DNA from: Owenia fusiformis
Taxonomy: Eukaryota
Assembly: GCA_903813345.2 (NCBI GenBank)
Contig: CAIIXF020000001.1
Span: 36,518,001 to 36,582,000 of the forward strand
Direction: 5' to 3'
Length of the DNA: 64,000 nt
Shown here: in pieces, positions 28,256-38,543 of the stretch
How the letters are laid out: each line of letters opens with the position of its first letter
Numbering within the stretch: position 1 is the stretch's first letter
Program-made: the position numbers and the translations under genes
Notes under the pieces: model-generated
What the model saw: only the letters and a program-made list of their open reading frames with translations
What the model was told of the DNA's origin: nothing
Database searches by the model: none

Positions 28256-28954
28256 CTTCTTGCTGGAGTCAACAGTGTCAGCTGGAGTAGACTGGGAAAA
28301 AGTAGTGTAATGATCCTGGCATCATTACTTTCTACTTTTATTTGTACATTCATTTTATTTTATATTGAGTTTGTGCATTATCTTTTAGATACTTGTTTTA
28401 AATGTTATTTTGTTTATTATGTGATTTTACAAGGACCATCAGTCTTAAAAGTGTTTTAAAGTAGAGAAAGAAGCTTAGCCAATGAGAGTCAAGTTAGAGG
28501 GATAAGTATTTAATGCATTGACCAATGGTGTTAGCTCTAGCTGATTGTTATATTTTGTGAAGTAGGCTTAAGTAATATTTTTTAGTGTTAGGGATAGAAG
28601 GTAGTTTTGATGCTGGAATAGTGAGCGTGTGAGAAACATGGGAGAAAGGTCCTGGATTGCTAGAATGTAGCTTTGAGGTAGTGAACATGAGAGAAACTTA
28701 GGAGAAACTAGTTATGTAGATTTGAGACTGAGAAAGTGAACATGGGAGAAACATAGGAGAAATTGAATTGCTAGAGTTGAATTTGAGACTGACAAGTGAA
28801 TATGGGACAAACAAAGGAGAAACCTAATGAATTGCTCGAGTTGGGAAATGAACTTGGAAAACCAGAATTATGGATGGACATTTTAAGATTATAAACAAGA
28901 CTAGGCTATAATGTAGATTTCAGTCTGGTAACCATGGCGTAAGAAATTCTTTAC

Positions 28955-29438
28955 TTAAACAGGCAATGCGCCTATTTTTGAAGGAAACTGGACAAAATAT
29001 TATTTGAGACATGTCACTCACACAGTCAATCAAATATGATAAAAACTTTAATTTGGGATAATACTGAAGTGAAAAAAAAATTATTCGCATAGAAAACGGC
29101 ATTTGAAGTTCAGAGATTGAAAAAAGTGAATTACCACTTTTCAAAAAATGTATGTTTTAAATAACTCTTGGATTAAAAGATGGCGTATGCTTGAAAATCC
29201 TATCAAAAAGGAATGGATAAGCAATGCAAACAACAATGCCATCTTTCTATGGCATTGCTAAAAACTTGACACATATAAATTGATAGATCAAAAATATTTT
29301 TTCATGATCCAGTGTCAAGTCTGATGTGGTCTGTTTGAGCTATTTTTGGTGTCAAATGAAAGATCGGGTACTTATTTATCCATTGGAAATACTATGAAGA
29401 TCAAAAGTGAGACTTCATTTCAGCACTTTGTCCCTTAA
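28955..29438 (+). repeat. Dispersed ~480-bp repeat with TTAA at both ends; second copy at 53280-54848 (interrupted)
   Basis: TTAAACAGGCAATGCGCCTATTTTTGAAGGAAA... is near-identical at 53280-53541 plus 54629-54848. Confidence 0.85.
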
Positions 29439-30831
29439 ACTTTATCTTTGCATATCAAAATTCCTTGTTAATACTTTGCATTATTTAGCGAAGTTACTTT
29501 GGCATTTTCAGCATTTTTTATTATTTTATTAAGAGTTTTGCGCTTGTAAAACTCTATTATCTGCCTTGGGTTGAGTGGAATCGAGGTTCCACACGGGATT
29601 TACGTATAGCGAATTCCTGGGTGTTTGAGCTTAAGCACCCTTGAGATTCTTGATCACATTTCAATTGAATGCAGATATTTTAGAACATTTTAGTTCTTTC
29701 ATTTACATTTAATTGGTTGTAAGTTTTATTCTAAAGGAATCTTGGGCTATATTGTTCAGGATTCTGGGGAGCCGCTTTCTAGTCGGTTACCACAAGGCTA
29801 AAACTTCTCAATTATATGAGTTACTTTTTGTTTCCAGTTTATAACAGAAATCTCTTTGTCTCAGTTCCTTAAGTTCTCAACCTCGTGGTTTTGAGATCTC
29901 GGAACCTTGATGCATTTCGAGGGATAAGGTTGTTTCAGTTTAAACTCATTTTTTATACTTCCAACTTTAGTCTTGAATATTCAAGTGGATTTCTGTCAGG
30001 CTCTGTAAGGAATATCCTCTGTTATTTGGCTCAGAGATCAGTGTGTATCAATGGATTTCCATGAATTTCTGCTTTTTGAGTGTTCCATTATTTTAAGGTG
30101 CTCATGGTCACCGTAGTGTTGATTAATTCAGGTCATGCATATACGTAGAGAACTTTTGTCATTGTAAGTGGAGTTAAATGTTGGGAATATGTAGAGAACT
30201 TTTGCAATTGTCATGTAAGTGGAGTTAAATGTTGGGAATATGAGATAGTTAGTGGGATAGGTGAGATTCTTAATCAAGAGTAAGTTCAATAATAAGATCG
30301 TTCCTGTTGTGAGTTGTCTTATTCGTTCGAACTTCGTGACTCTGATTATGTAAATATTCCTCTGTAAATATACCATTTTATACAGCATATTCTATATATT
30401 CAGATTTATATCATTATTAAAACTATATCATCTTAATTTCTTTGTCTGTTGTTTTGCGTAAAAGGTGGTCAATTTGATCTAAAGTTTATTTTCAACAGAT
30501 TGTTTCAACTTCATTTAAGCCCATATATTTAAGGGGTCATATCAAGCTCAGTATTGCGATCTGTTGAGAATACTTGGGTGCAAGTTGCGTTGAAGATTCC
30601 ATTCATATCATTATACATTGCAATCACCCCCTCCCACAGTTTGCACTATTTCAGTCCAGTTGTCATTTAAAGGTGTCAGCACCTTCCAGTATTATATTAT
30701 TCCAAATTTTTAATGACCAAGCAAATAATTTGATTAACTCAATTCAAGACCAAGTCGAAATTTAGTTTCGTAATATTCCCGGCCCTAGCCACGCTACCAA
30801 GTATTTGTTCAGAGAGAGGGGCCGGGTTTTA

Positions 30832-31145
30832 TTACTGTAGTTTTGTATTTACATCATTTTGATCATAAATGTTATTAATGTACTTGTATGTCTCTATCAT
30901 ATCTCCTCTGAGTCGTCTAAATGCAAGTGTTGTCATGTCTAGGACCTTAAGACGTTCAGGGTATGAGCGTTCCCTCAGTGATGGAATTATTTTTGTCACT
31001 CTTCTTTGTACATTCTCAATGATTTCAATATCCTTCTTTAGGTATGGATTCCAAACTGCATTCGCATAATCTAATTTAGGTCTCACTAGTCCATTGAACA
31101 ATAACCTAAAAGAGTCAAAATCCCAATATTTGAAAGATCTTTTTT
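30832..31145 (-). mobile_element. LINE (CR1/L2-type) ORF2 fragment, post-RT region
   Basis: LVRPKLDYANAVWNPYLKKDIEIIENVQRRVTKIIPSLRERSYPERLKVL...RRLRGDMIETYK. Confidence 0.88.
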
Positions 31146-32449
31146 AGTTTTGCTTCAAATCTCTGAAACTCGCCCCACTCCATTTATCTTCCCAACACCT
31201 GTGGTAAGTGTCATTTATTTTTGGTGTGTGGGTCATATGTGGGGCTTTACTTGTGTAATGAGATCTGAAGGTGGAAAATGATGTCAGTTGTTGCTTGTTC
31301 TATTATATATTATGTATCTTAATCTTAATATCTGTTTGAATACACGGTAGTGAGATAATAATAGTGTTCTGTGAACACTTGAAATGAATTTCCCATTATT
31401 TACTTGTTGGATTCTTGTTTCAGATGGATATTTCCATTCATAGGACATATGGGTATAGGTACAACATCAGGTGTTATCAGAGATTTTGCTGGACCATATT
31501 ATGTATCGGTATGTTGGAACTTTACTCCTCCAGATAGGCCTGGCAGATATCAGACTCCAGAGGCACCATTCACTTAGATTTATGGGAGTATTATAAAATA
31601 TGGAGTAAATAGGGGGATAGGGATGATCATGCTTTTAACCTAGGCCTTTCACAATTATTATATGAATTAATAATGGATGGGATGAAGTACTAAACATGCA
31701 ACTATTATTGTATAGTTTCTGCTTGCTCTTTTATATCAAATGCTTTTGATTGAATGAAACATTAATGGCTATAAGTCAGAACACTGAAATCATAGATTGT
31801 AATGAAATGTACTAGAATACTATTCAAAGTTATCTCTTATGTCTTTTTGTAGGAAGACTGCATGGCCTTTATGAATACCAACAAGGTTAGAACTACTATC
31901 CATTCATATTATTTACACTGTCACAGTGTGCCACACCTGGATGACTCTAACTCCAGTTAGCTTCATTCAAGATCGTTGCCAAAATTCTTTTGTTTTCGAC
32001 AAACCTCCGATTTTAGCTAAATTAAGCTGAATCTTGATTCCAAAAGTTTCGCCATGCAAACTAATAAAACTATGATTGTAAAAACACAATTAAATGCCCA
32101 CATACCCGTGATATTAGAGAATTTGAAAGAAAATGGCTTCACATAGAATGACTCTAATTGAAGTTGATGATGACAGCTTCAGTTAGAGTCATTCTAAGTT
32201 TTCTATAGAATACTCCAATATAGCGATTGTTATAGCATTTATCTGTGTTTGTTTACAATCGTAGCTTTATTAGTTTGCATGGCGAAACATTTGGAATCCA
32301 GATTCAACTAAGTTAAGCTGAAATCAGAGGTTTATCAAGATCGAAAGAAATTTGGCAACCATCTTGAATGAATACGATGGACCTCACTTACACAATGATT
32401 GCTTAAATGATTACCTTACCCTGACCTACCCGCTGATGATACGGGATGC

Positions 32450-32619
32450 GTACCAGACCCTAATGATACAGGATTCACTTGGCAGGAGCGACTATCACGT
32501 ACCAGACCCTAATGATACAGGGTTGACTGGGCAGGAGCTGCGATTGCGTACCAGACCCTAATGATACAGGACTGACTGGGCAGGAGCGGCGATTGCGTAC
32601 CAGACCCTAATGATACAGG
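32450..32619 (+). repeat. 49-bp minisatellite, ~3.5 units
   Basis: GTACCAGACCCTAATGATACAGG recurs at 32450, 32499, 32548 and 32597. Confidence 0.9.
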
Positions 32620-35603
32620 TTGCACAATCATCATCACAATTGATCAACAGACAAATACTAGTATTTCACCTGAACTTTTGTAAAATATCGTATATGGTAT
32701 AAGAGCTGTGAAAAAAAATTGTATATGGTATAAAAGGTGTGAAAAAATATTGCATATGGTATAAGAGAGCTGAAAAATATTGTATATGCATTTCCAAGAC
32801 CCTCTATACACTCTCCCCTATGATAGAAGTTCCCATGGGCCTAAAATCGAAAGGCTTTCCCCGATTCTCAAATGGGCTTGTAAAAAGAGGATCGACGTGT
32901 ATTCATTTTGTTGAAATACGGTATCGGGATGAAAACATTTACTCGGATATATTCTAAAATTAAATCGTTTACGAATCGTTTAACCATGGGCATTGGCTTT
33001 CAATAGATTGGTTTAACGTACATTAGGCCTTCATTCTGATTCATTTACTTTGGACAGTTTGTAATGAAGATGGCTTGGCCGCATTCAGTAGTCACTTTTT
33101 GATGTAAACTTGACAAGAATTTTGTTTGCCAACAAGGACCTAAGCATGTAATATAAATTGCTGTGTGAATTAATAATGCGCGCTTTGTTCAAGAGCAAGG
33201 TACATCAGTACATGAGTTAGTATTATTGACGTCTTTTAAAAAATTAAATATCATCGCATATATTTTAGATGAAGATGTTTACCAATTTATAGACAAATAA
33301 TTTCGAAAGGTATATGCTCTATCTGATTTTAAAATATTTCTCGAATGCATTTTGAATGTAAAATCTAATAATAAAAAGCCGATATCTACCGGGCTTGGTG
33401 CTTTTAGTTAAGAAATATAGACCGAAAAATTGTTGGGTGTAAGGAATGAATACAGACCTCATGGGTGGGTAAATACGTTTTCTGTAAAAAACTGTGTGCT
33501 GACCAGAGGGTTTGTAGTCATTCATACTCCAACAGTTTTGAGGTCTACTGTATATTACGATTGAGACATGACGCAACAATTCAACAAAAAAAATTGTTAA
33601 AGATTCTCGCAATCTTTATCCAATCAGCGTTTGCGATGTGTACCGGCTCACGTATAAAAGGCGAATCCAACTCAAATCCATGCAGGGGTGTATGAGGTAC
33701 TCGAATAGAAAAGAGCTCGTGAAGTCTGAATTTATATGCACATGGTCGATGTTTACACATGTTTGGAGTTATTGAAGAAAATGTGATATGGGTGTGGTTC
33801 CGAATTTGAAGTCATTGCTGGAAAATATGATTTTAATACCGACGTGAAATTATATCGATAAATACAGCACTAAAAATAACAGTACACATTCATGTATGAT
33901 TGTGTCCAGAAATGTTTGAAACCCTTACGGAAATTCTGTCTGCATTTTTTCACCATTGCTCTTTCTTCCCGCATTCTAGTGCTGTTTGAATGAATATATT
34001 AATTTATGTATTTCTAACTAAAATATATCACATTTTTTTATAAACCAGAAACATTTAGATCATAAAAAAATCTTCAATACTTGAGTGAGCACGATATGCA
34101 AGGGTTACTAAGTTGACACAGTAAATGACCACTGATATTGTGTTAGTCAATGCACACAGCGTATTCTGCTAAGGCCATGAGAAGTAGATTCTTTGTTTTG
34201 CGTCCTGGCATAATCCAAATCATGCAAGGGAACAAGGAAAACAAACACAAACTCAAGAAAAAACACAAACTTGTTTGCTGGGAAATGTATACATTTTATG
34301 GGCATAAAAAGGGATCATATACAAATTTGCAGTGATTACAAACACATATCTATACCTTTTATACAATATATGTAAAGATAGATATTATTCATGGGGTAAA
34401 AATGAGAAAATACACAATGTATGCTAAAGTAATCAATATCACTGTCAATTTTGACGCACATCAAATCTTCCATTTCGTCTGATTCTGATTGAATGAAATG
34501 CGATGGTACTTTCAGACCCTTGTGATTGCTAGCTACTGTATTTGGATGTGTTTGTTTTTTCTGATTTACTCAAAATCTTACAAGCAAGGGGACGCAAAAC
34601 AAAGAATCTACTTCTTATGTATTAAATACACATTTGCTAACACCCCCAACTTTCATAGTGAAGTGACTAATTGGTTTATGTTTACGTTTTAATGTGTTTT
34701 GGGTTCCTTGTTACAGCAAGGGGAGCCAGTAAAGTAGACTAACATGTTTGCATGGCAAATTTTGATCGAATATGTGAGACACTTTAAATACTCTATGTGT
34801 TCATCATAAAGCCATCGTAGCAAGTAAAGCTGCCAACAAAATGACGGTATTAAGCAGGCTAATGCATATGAGTTTTCTCAGTGTCATTACCCGTCCTGTA
34901 TTTTTGCATGGTATGTGGTCCTGGGTCAAAAAATGTAGAAAAGGAACAGAAATCTGACGAATGTGTGCAGAACATTAAAAGAAATTTTTATTCTGGCTAA
35001 AACAGTCCTCAAAACAATAATATGTACTGGATAATGCATAAGAATGAGATTTTATAAGAAATAATACACCGAAGGCCTGATGTTATTATTTCTTATCAAA
35101 TCGAATTCGAATGCTTTATCTTACTTAAATCACACAGACTCTTATAAGAGGTAAATGGTCTATTAAAGGTTAAAGGTCTTATGATATAATCTGGAAAATG
35201 TTATTTCTTTTGTATTGACTATTCAAACTGTGAAGTATATGCAAACTTCAACCAGGCTCACAGTGACCCTGGCTCTTATTGGTTGAAATTTGTTAGTATA
35301 TAGCCGATTAATTGTAACAACAAAAGGAGTTGGTTGCATTGACCTCAGGAGTGTGAGTCGACAACGCACTGATGTAGAAATAATTTCTCAAAGACGCTTA
35401 TATACCCTATATTGAGATTCCTGAATAAATAACAGAAAATGCGTAACATAATGTTAATATTCTGATCATTTAATTTTAGAATAGATCATATTTGTATAGC
35501 ATTTGCTTCCCATGTACAGCACATAAAATACAGAACGAAAATATTAACCTCTTGTTCTTTTGATGCAGAATGAGCTCTTCAAATAGAAGAAGAATTCGTA
35601 GTT

Positions 35604-35774
35604 GCATACCTGTCAGTAGTTTAAAAATTAATCGGGAAAAATGTGTTGCAAATTGAATTCAATACAAAATTTACGATAAAAACAAGTAAAAAATAAATCG
35701 GGACAAAATCGGATCGGGACAGGCCAAAAAAAATCGGGACAATCCCGATTAAAATCGGGACTTGACAGGTATGC
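35604..35774. mobile_element. Small MITE with 12-bp TIR and internal ATCGGGA repeats
   Basis: GCATACCTGTCA ... TGACAGGTATGC, with multiple AATCGGGAC motifs. Confidence 0.6.
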
Positions 35775-35849
35775 ATACATTACGTACGTACACAATACCC
35801 TTACATACAGTTACACACTTTCCAATCATTGAACACCCCAAACCAGAAC

Positions 35850-38120
35850 TATTCACCTTTCCACAAAGTAAAGAAAATCGATAATTTCCGGCGCGCTGAT
35901 TGGTTGTATGCAAATGAGTCAAATCAATGACGTCAATGACTGAAAGTTTTGAAGAATTAGTACAGCCAGCATAGGAATATTTTGAATAAACTACAATAAA
36001 AGGGATTCTATTTGCCCAAGGCACTAATTGTTTTTAATCAAATATGAAATATGGACGGGGCACTTTCATTCTAAACCTTATGTCATTTAAATTAATCATT
36101 TTTTGACCGCACTATTGTTTATTAAAACTTCTGAGATCAGCTTCACATACCCGGGCTCACATATCTCGTGCGATTGTAAACAAAAAATGTAAATGGTGAA
36201 GTTACAAACAACTCGGTTAATTATCTGATAGTGGTCATACAATATCCTGTTAAATGGTTATATGTCGTGGTAAGAAGTTCCATCAGAAATTCACCATAAG
36301 TAACATTCGCGCAAACGAAACCAATCGGACGATTTTTTTGACATTTTGTTATTGAGGATCGATCCCATCTCCATAATACACATTAACAAAATATTTTCAA
36401 AAGCATGAATATGTTATGGTAACTAAAACCATGGGCTTTCAAGATCACGAAAGCCCATGACTAAACTAACTTTCTTTTATTTGGAACTTTTTCCAGTTGC
36501 CATTTCAGTAAAACGTACAACGGGTTTCTCGCTAAACGCAACTGGGCCTAATTAAATAACCTTCACTTCATCCCCCAAACTTGGATAACGCCCATTGGCT
36601 ATTAAAAAGATAACTTCGAAATTTTCTATCCAAAAAGCTAGACTTAAACCATTACTTTATTAATTACCAAATGAAAGTTCATAGTACGTATACGATATCG
36701 TTACCTTTTGGTATTTATTCGCCATCAGCGATGTCAATAACGATCAGCAATGTCAACATATCATAAATAAATATTATATGATATACGCTACGATATTTCT
36801 TTGAAATCTTTCCCGTGATCATTATTCAAAACCGATCACCACATAACTAATTTATCCCATGACAAGTGAGGTTTCACAAGTGAAGTTTTCAGGACACCCT
36901 GCATATTCAGGTTTGTTTTCTAAGCGTTCTCATTATTTTCAAAATGTAAAGAACAAACTCTACTCAATGAAGTTAATTGAAACTTTTTATCTTCAACCCT
37001 ATGCATCGCAATAAGCCATTTGTTTTTCATACTTCCTGGCACTTTAATATATGTGACAAATTTCTCATCAACCTTCGCTTTCCCATAGGACGTGCACATC
37101 GGTACAATGCAATTTATTCCCGATTTATTTTGTTTGGGATAGTTGTTCTCATCTTTATTCAAATGATATCGATGGTATCCTGCTGGATCCTAAATAAAAG
37201 AAAAGTTCATGTTATGCAATTGCATACATTTATCTTTGCTGTATGTACAGTATTTGTAATTCTGATTTTAAATACCATTTTTGTGAGTCTTGGATTATTA
37301 ATGCGAACTATTTATCTCGTACCATATGATATACGATCTTCACACAAAGCATGGTATATAAGTTTTATATCGCACGATGCTCATATTTCCCGGTGAATAC
37401 ATCTGTGAGACTAGTATGCAATATGGTATTTGAAAAACACCGTCCAGTATAATGTTGTGAATGACATATTTACCTTGGAAATTCCTTCACAAATCTTTTT
37501 ATATATGGGGATTTAATATTAATTTTATTTCCTCGGAAAAATAGCTTACCGTTGAGCCTTGGAATATATCCAATACAATAACTTCTCTCAGTAAAGAATT
37601 AGCTCTCAATCTGATTTGACAGAGATGACCAGGTGAATATGATATTTGTAATGGATATTAGCAATCGTTATTATGAACTTGTATTGTAATTAGGGTAACT
37701 ATACAAATCAATAATCAAAGTACATGAGAGTGCCCCCTCCGGAACATATACAACACAGGTACACTAACCGAGACGGATAACTAATGTTAATGTCTGCTGT
37801 ACATTTCCATTCAATGTTGTCAACAGATCAATGACCGGCAATGAATCTCTTGTCAATTAGACAATTACTGACCTTGATTCAATAATACTATTACTAAAAG
37901 GGCATAAACATATGTGAATGTGATGTATAATATCAAATCGATGATTATTTTATGATAACTTAACATTTTGAAGCAGATAAATTGACTGCAAGTACCCAGA
38001 GATTTACATGTAACTCAACCGGATTTGTGCTTTCGCGGGAAAAGTTTCCATCATTGACGTCATAGATTTTTAAGCGGCTCATTATAATATTCATGAGCTG
38101 ACTTTGTGGAAAGGTGAATA
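35850..38120 (-). mobile_element. ~2.3-kb TIR DNA transposon derivative carrying a THAP-domain exon
   Basis: Perfect 20-bp inverted termini TATTCACCTTTCCACAAAGT (35850-35869) / ACTTTGTGGAAAGGTGAATA (38101-38120), plus inverted subterminal TGACGTCAATGA motifs. Confidence 0.75.
36920..37189 (-). CDS. THAP (C2CH) zinc-finger domain exon, probably a transposase N-terminal remnant
   Basis: CIVPMC...KVP...KWLIAMHR...RVCSLHF THAP signature. An in-frame AG acceptor sits at 37190-37191. A stop follows right after the domain, and no DDE core is seen. Confidence 0.75.
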   Translation of the reverse strand, partial: DPAGYHRYHLNKDENNYPKQNKSGINCIVPMCTSYGKAKVDEKFVTYIKVPGSMKNKWLIAMHRVEDKKFQLTSLSRVCSLHFENNENA

Positions 38121-38231
38121 TGCGCGCCAAAATGGCGTCGTCCACTCTTTTCTCCATCCATTTTTTACTTCAACCATCTCCCCTCTTTTTAAATGAAATT
38201 TTTATTTAAAAATTTTTATTTATTTTTTTGT

Positions 38232-38309
38232 TAGGTAGGCCGCTGATGAGGTTTAGCAACCGAAACGCCTGTAAGATCTCCCCCGGATCCTTGCGTCCGG
38301 CCATGCCTG
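38232..38309 (+). ncRNA. Type I hammerhead ribozyme motif
   Basis: Stem I GGCCG (38238-42) / CGGCC (38298-302), extendable by TAGGTA/TGCCTG; core CUGAUGA (38243-49); stem II GGUU-uagc-AACC; GAAA (38262-65); stem III CGC...GCG with an inner GAUC/GAUC helix; GUC cleavage triplet ending at 38297. Confidence 0.85.
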
Positions 38310-38543
38310 TCCATATACCAATGGCATTTGCATCGTCAAATGTTTCCCACTGTTATCTAGCAGTAGCCGGGATCTCTGAAAATGCACTACACATATTCAG
38401 ATATTAGGCAACTCTCGGTTATGGGAAGGATGTCATAAGCACCGCGATGGTTAGATGTTTTAAACATCTCCCATCCATATTATTATAATCTGTGTCTGTA
38501 CAGTCTGTGACGTCTGTGCCAACTGTATCCAGTGTGTGGTATA

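Larger units (their letters stand above)
27686..31885 (+). pseudogene. TMEM222: TMEM222 partial pseudogene (exons 1-3 only)
   Basis: Exons 27686-27816, 31424-31508 and 31853-31885 match the intact copy. The exon-1 donor is TTAAG (27817) instead of GTAAG; exon 3 has a +1 frameshift (TTTATGAATA vs TTTGGAATA); intron 1 carries ~3.5 kb of extra sequence; exons 4-6 are absent. Confidence 0.85.
23001..32372 (+). repeat. Segmental duplication, copy A (paralogous to 38484-50454)
   Basis: Near-identical colinear sequence from TATAATCTGTGTCTGTACAG (23001 / 38484) to CCATCTTGAATGAA (32372 / 50454), interrupted by copy-specific insertions. Confidence 0.95.

Noticed and set aside
32428..32446. Second CTGATGA suggesting another hammerhead
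   Set aside because: No stem II-GAAA or stem III follows; only a small CCCG/CGGG hairpin.
32450..32619. CRISPR-like pattern (23-bp constant part plus 26-bp variable part)
   Set aside because: The 'spacers' are similar to each other, there are no cas genes, and the context is eukaryotic. It is a minisatellite.
36977..37396. 139-aa hydrophobic + strand ORF
   Set aside because: Antisense to the THAP exon and its AT-rich intron; no family features.
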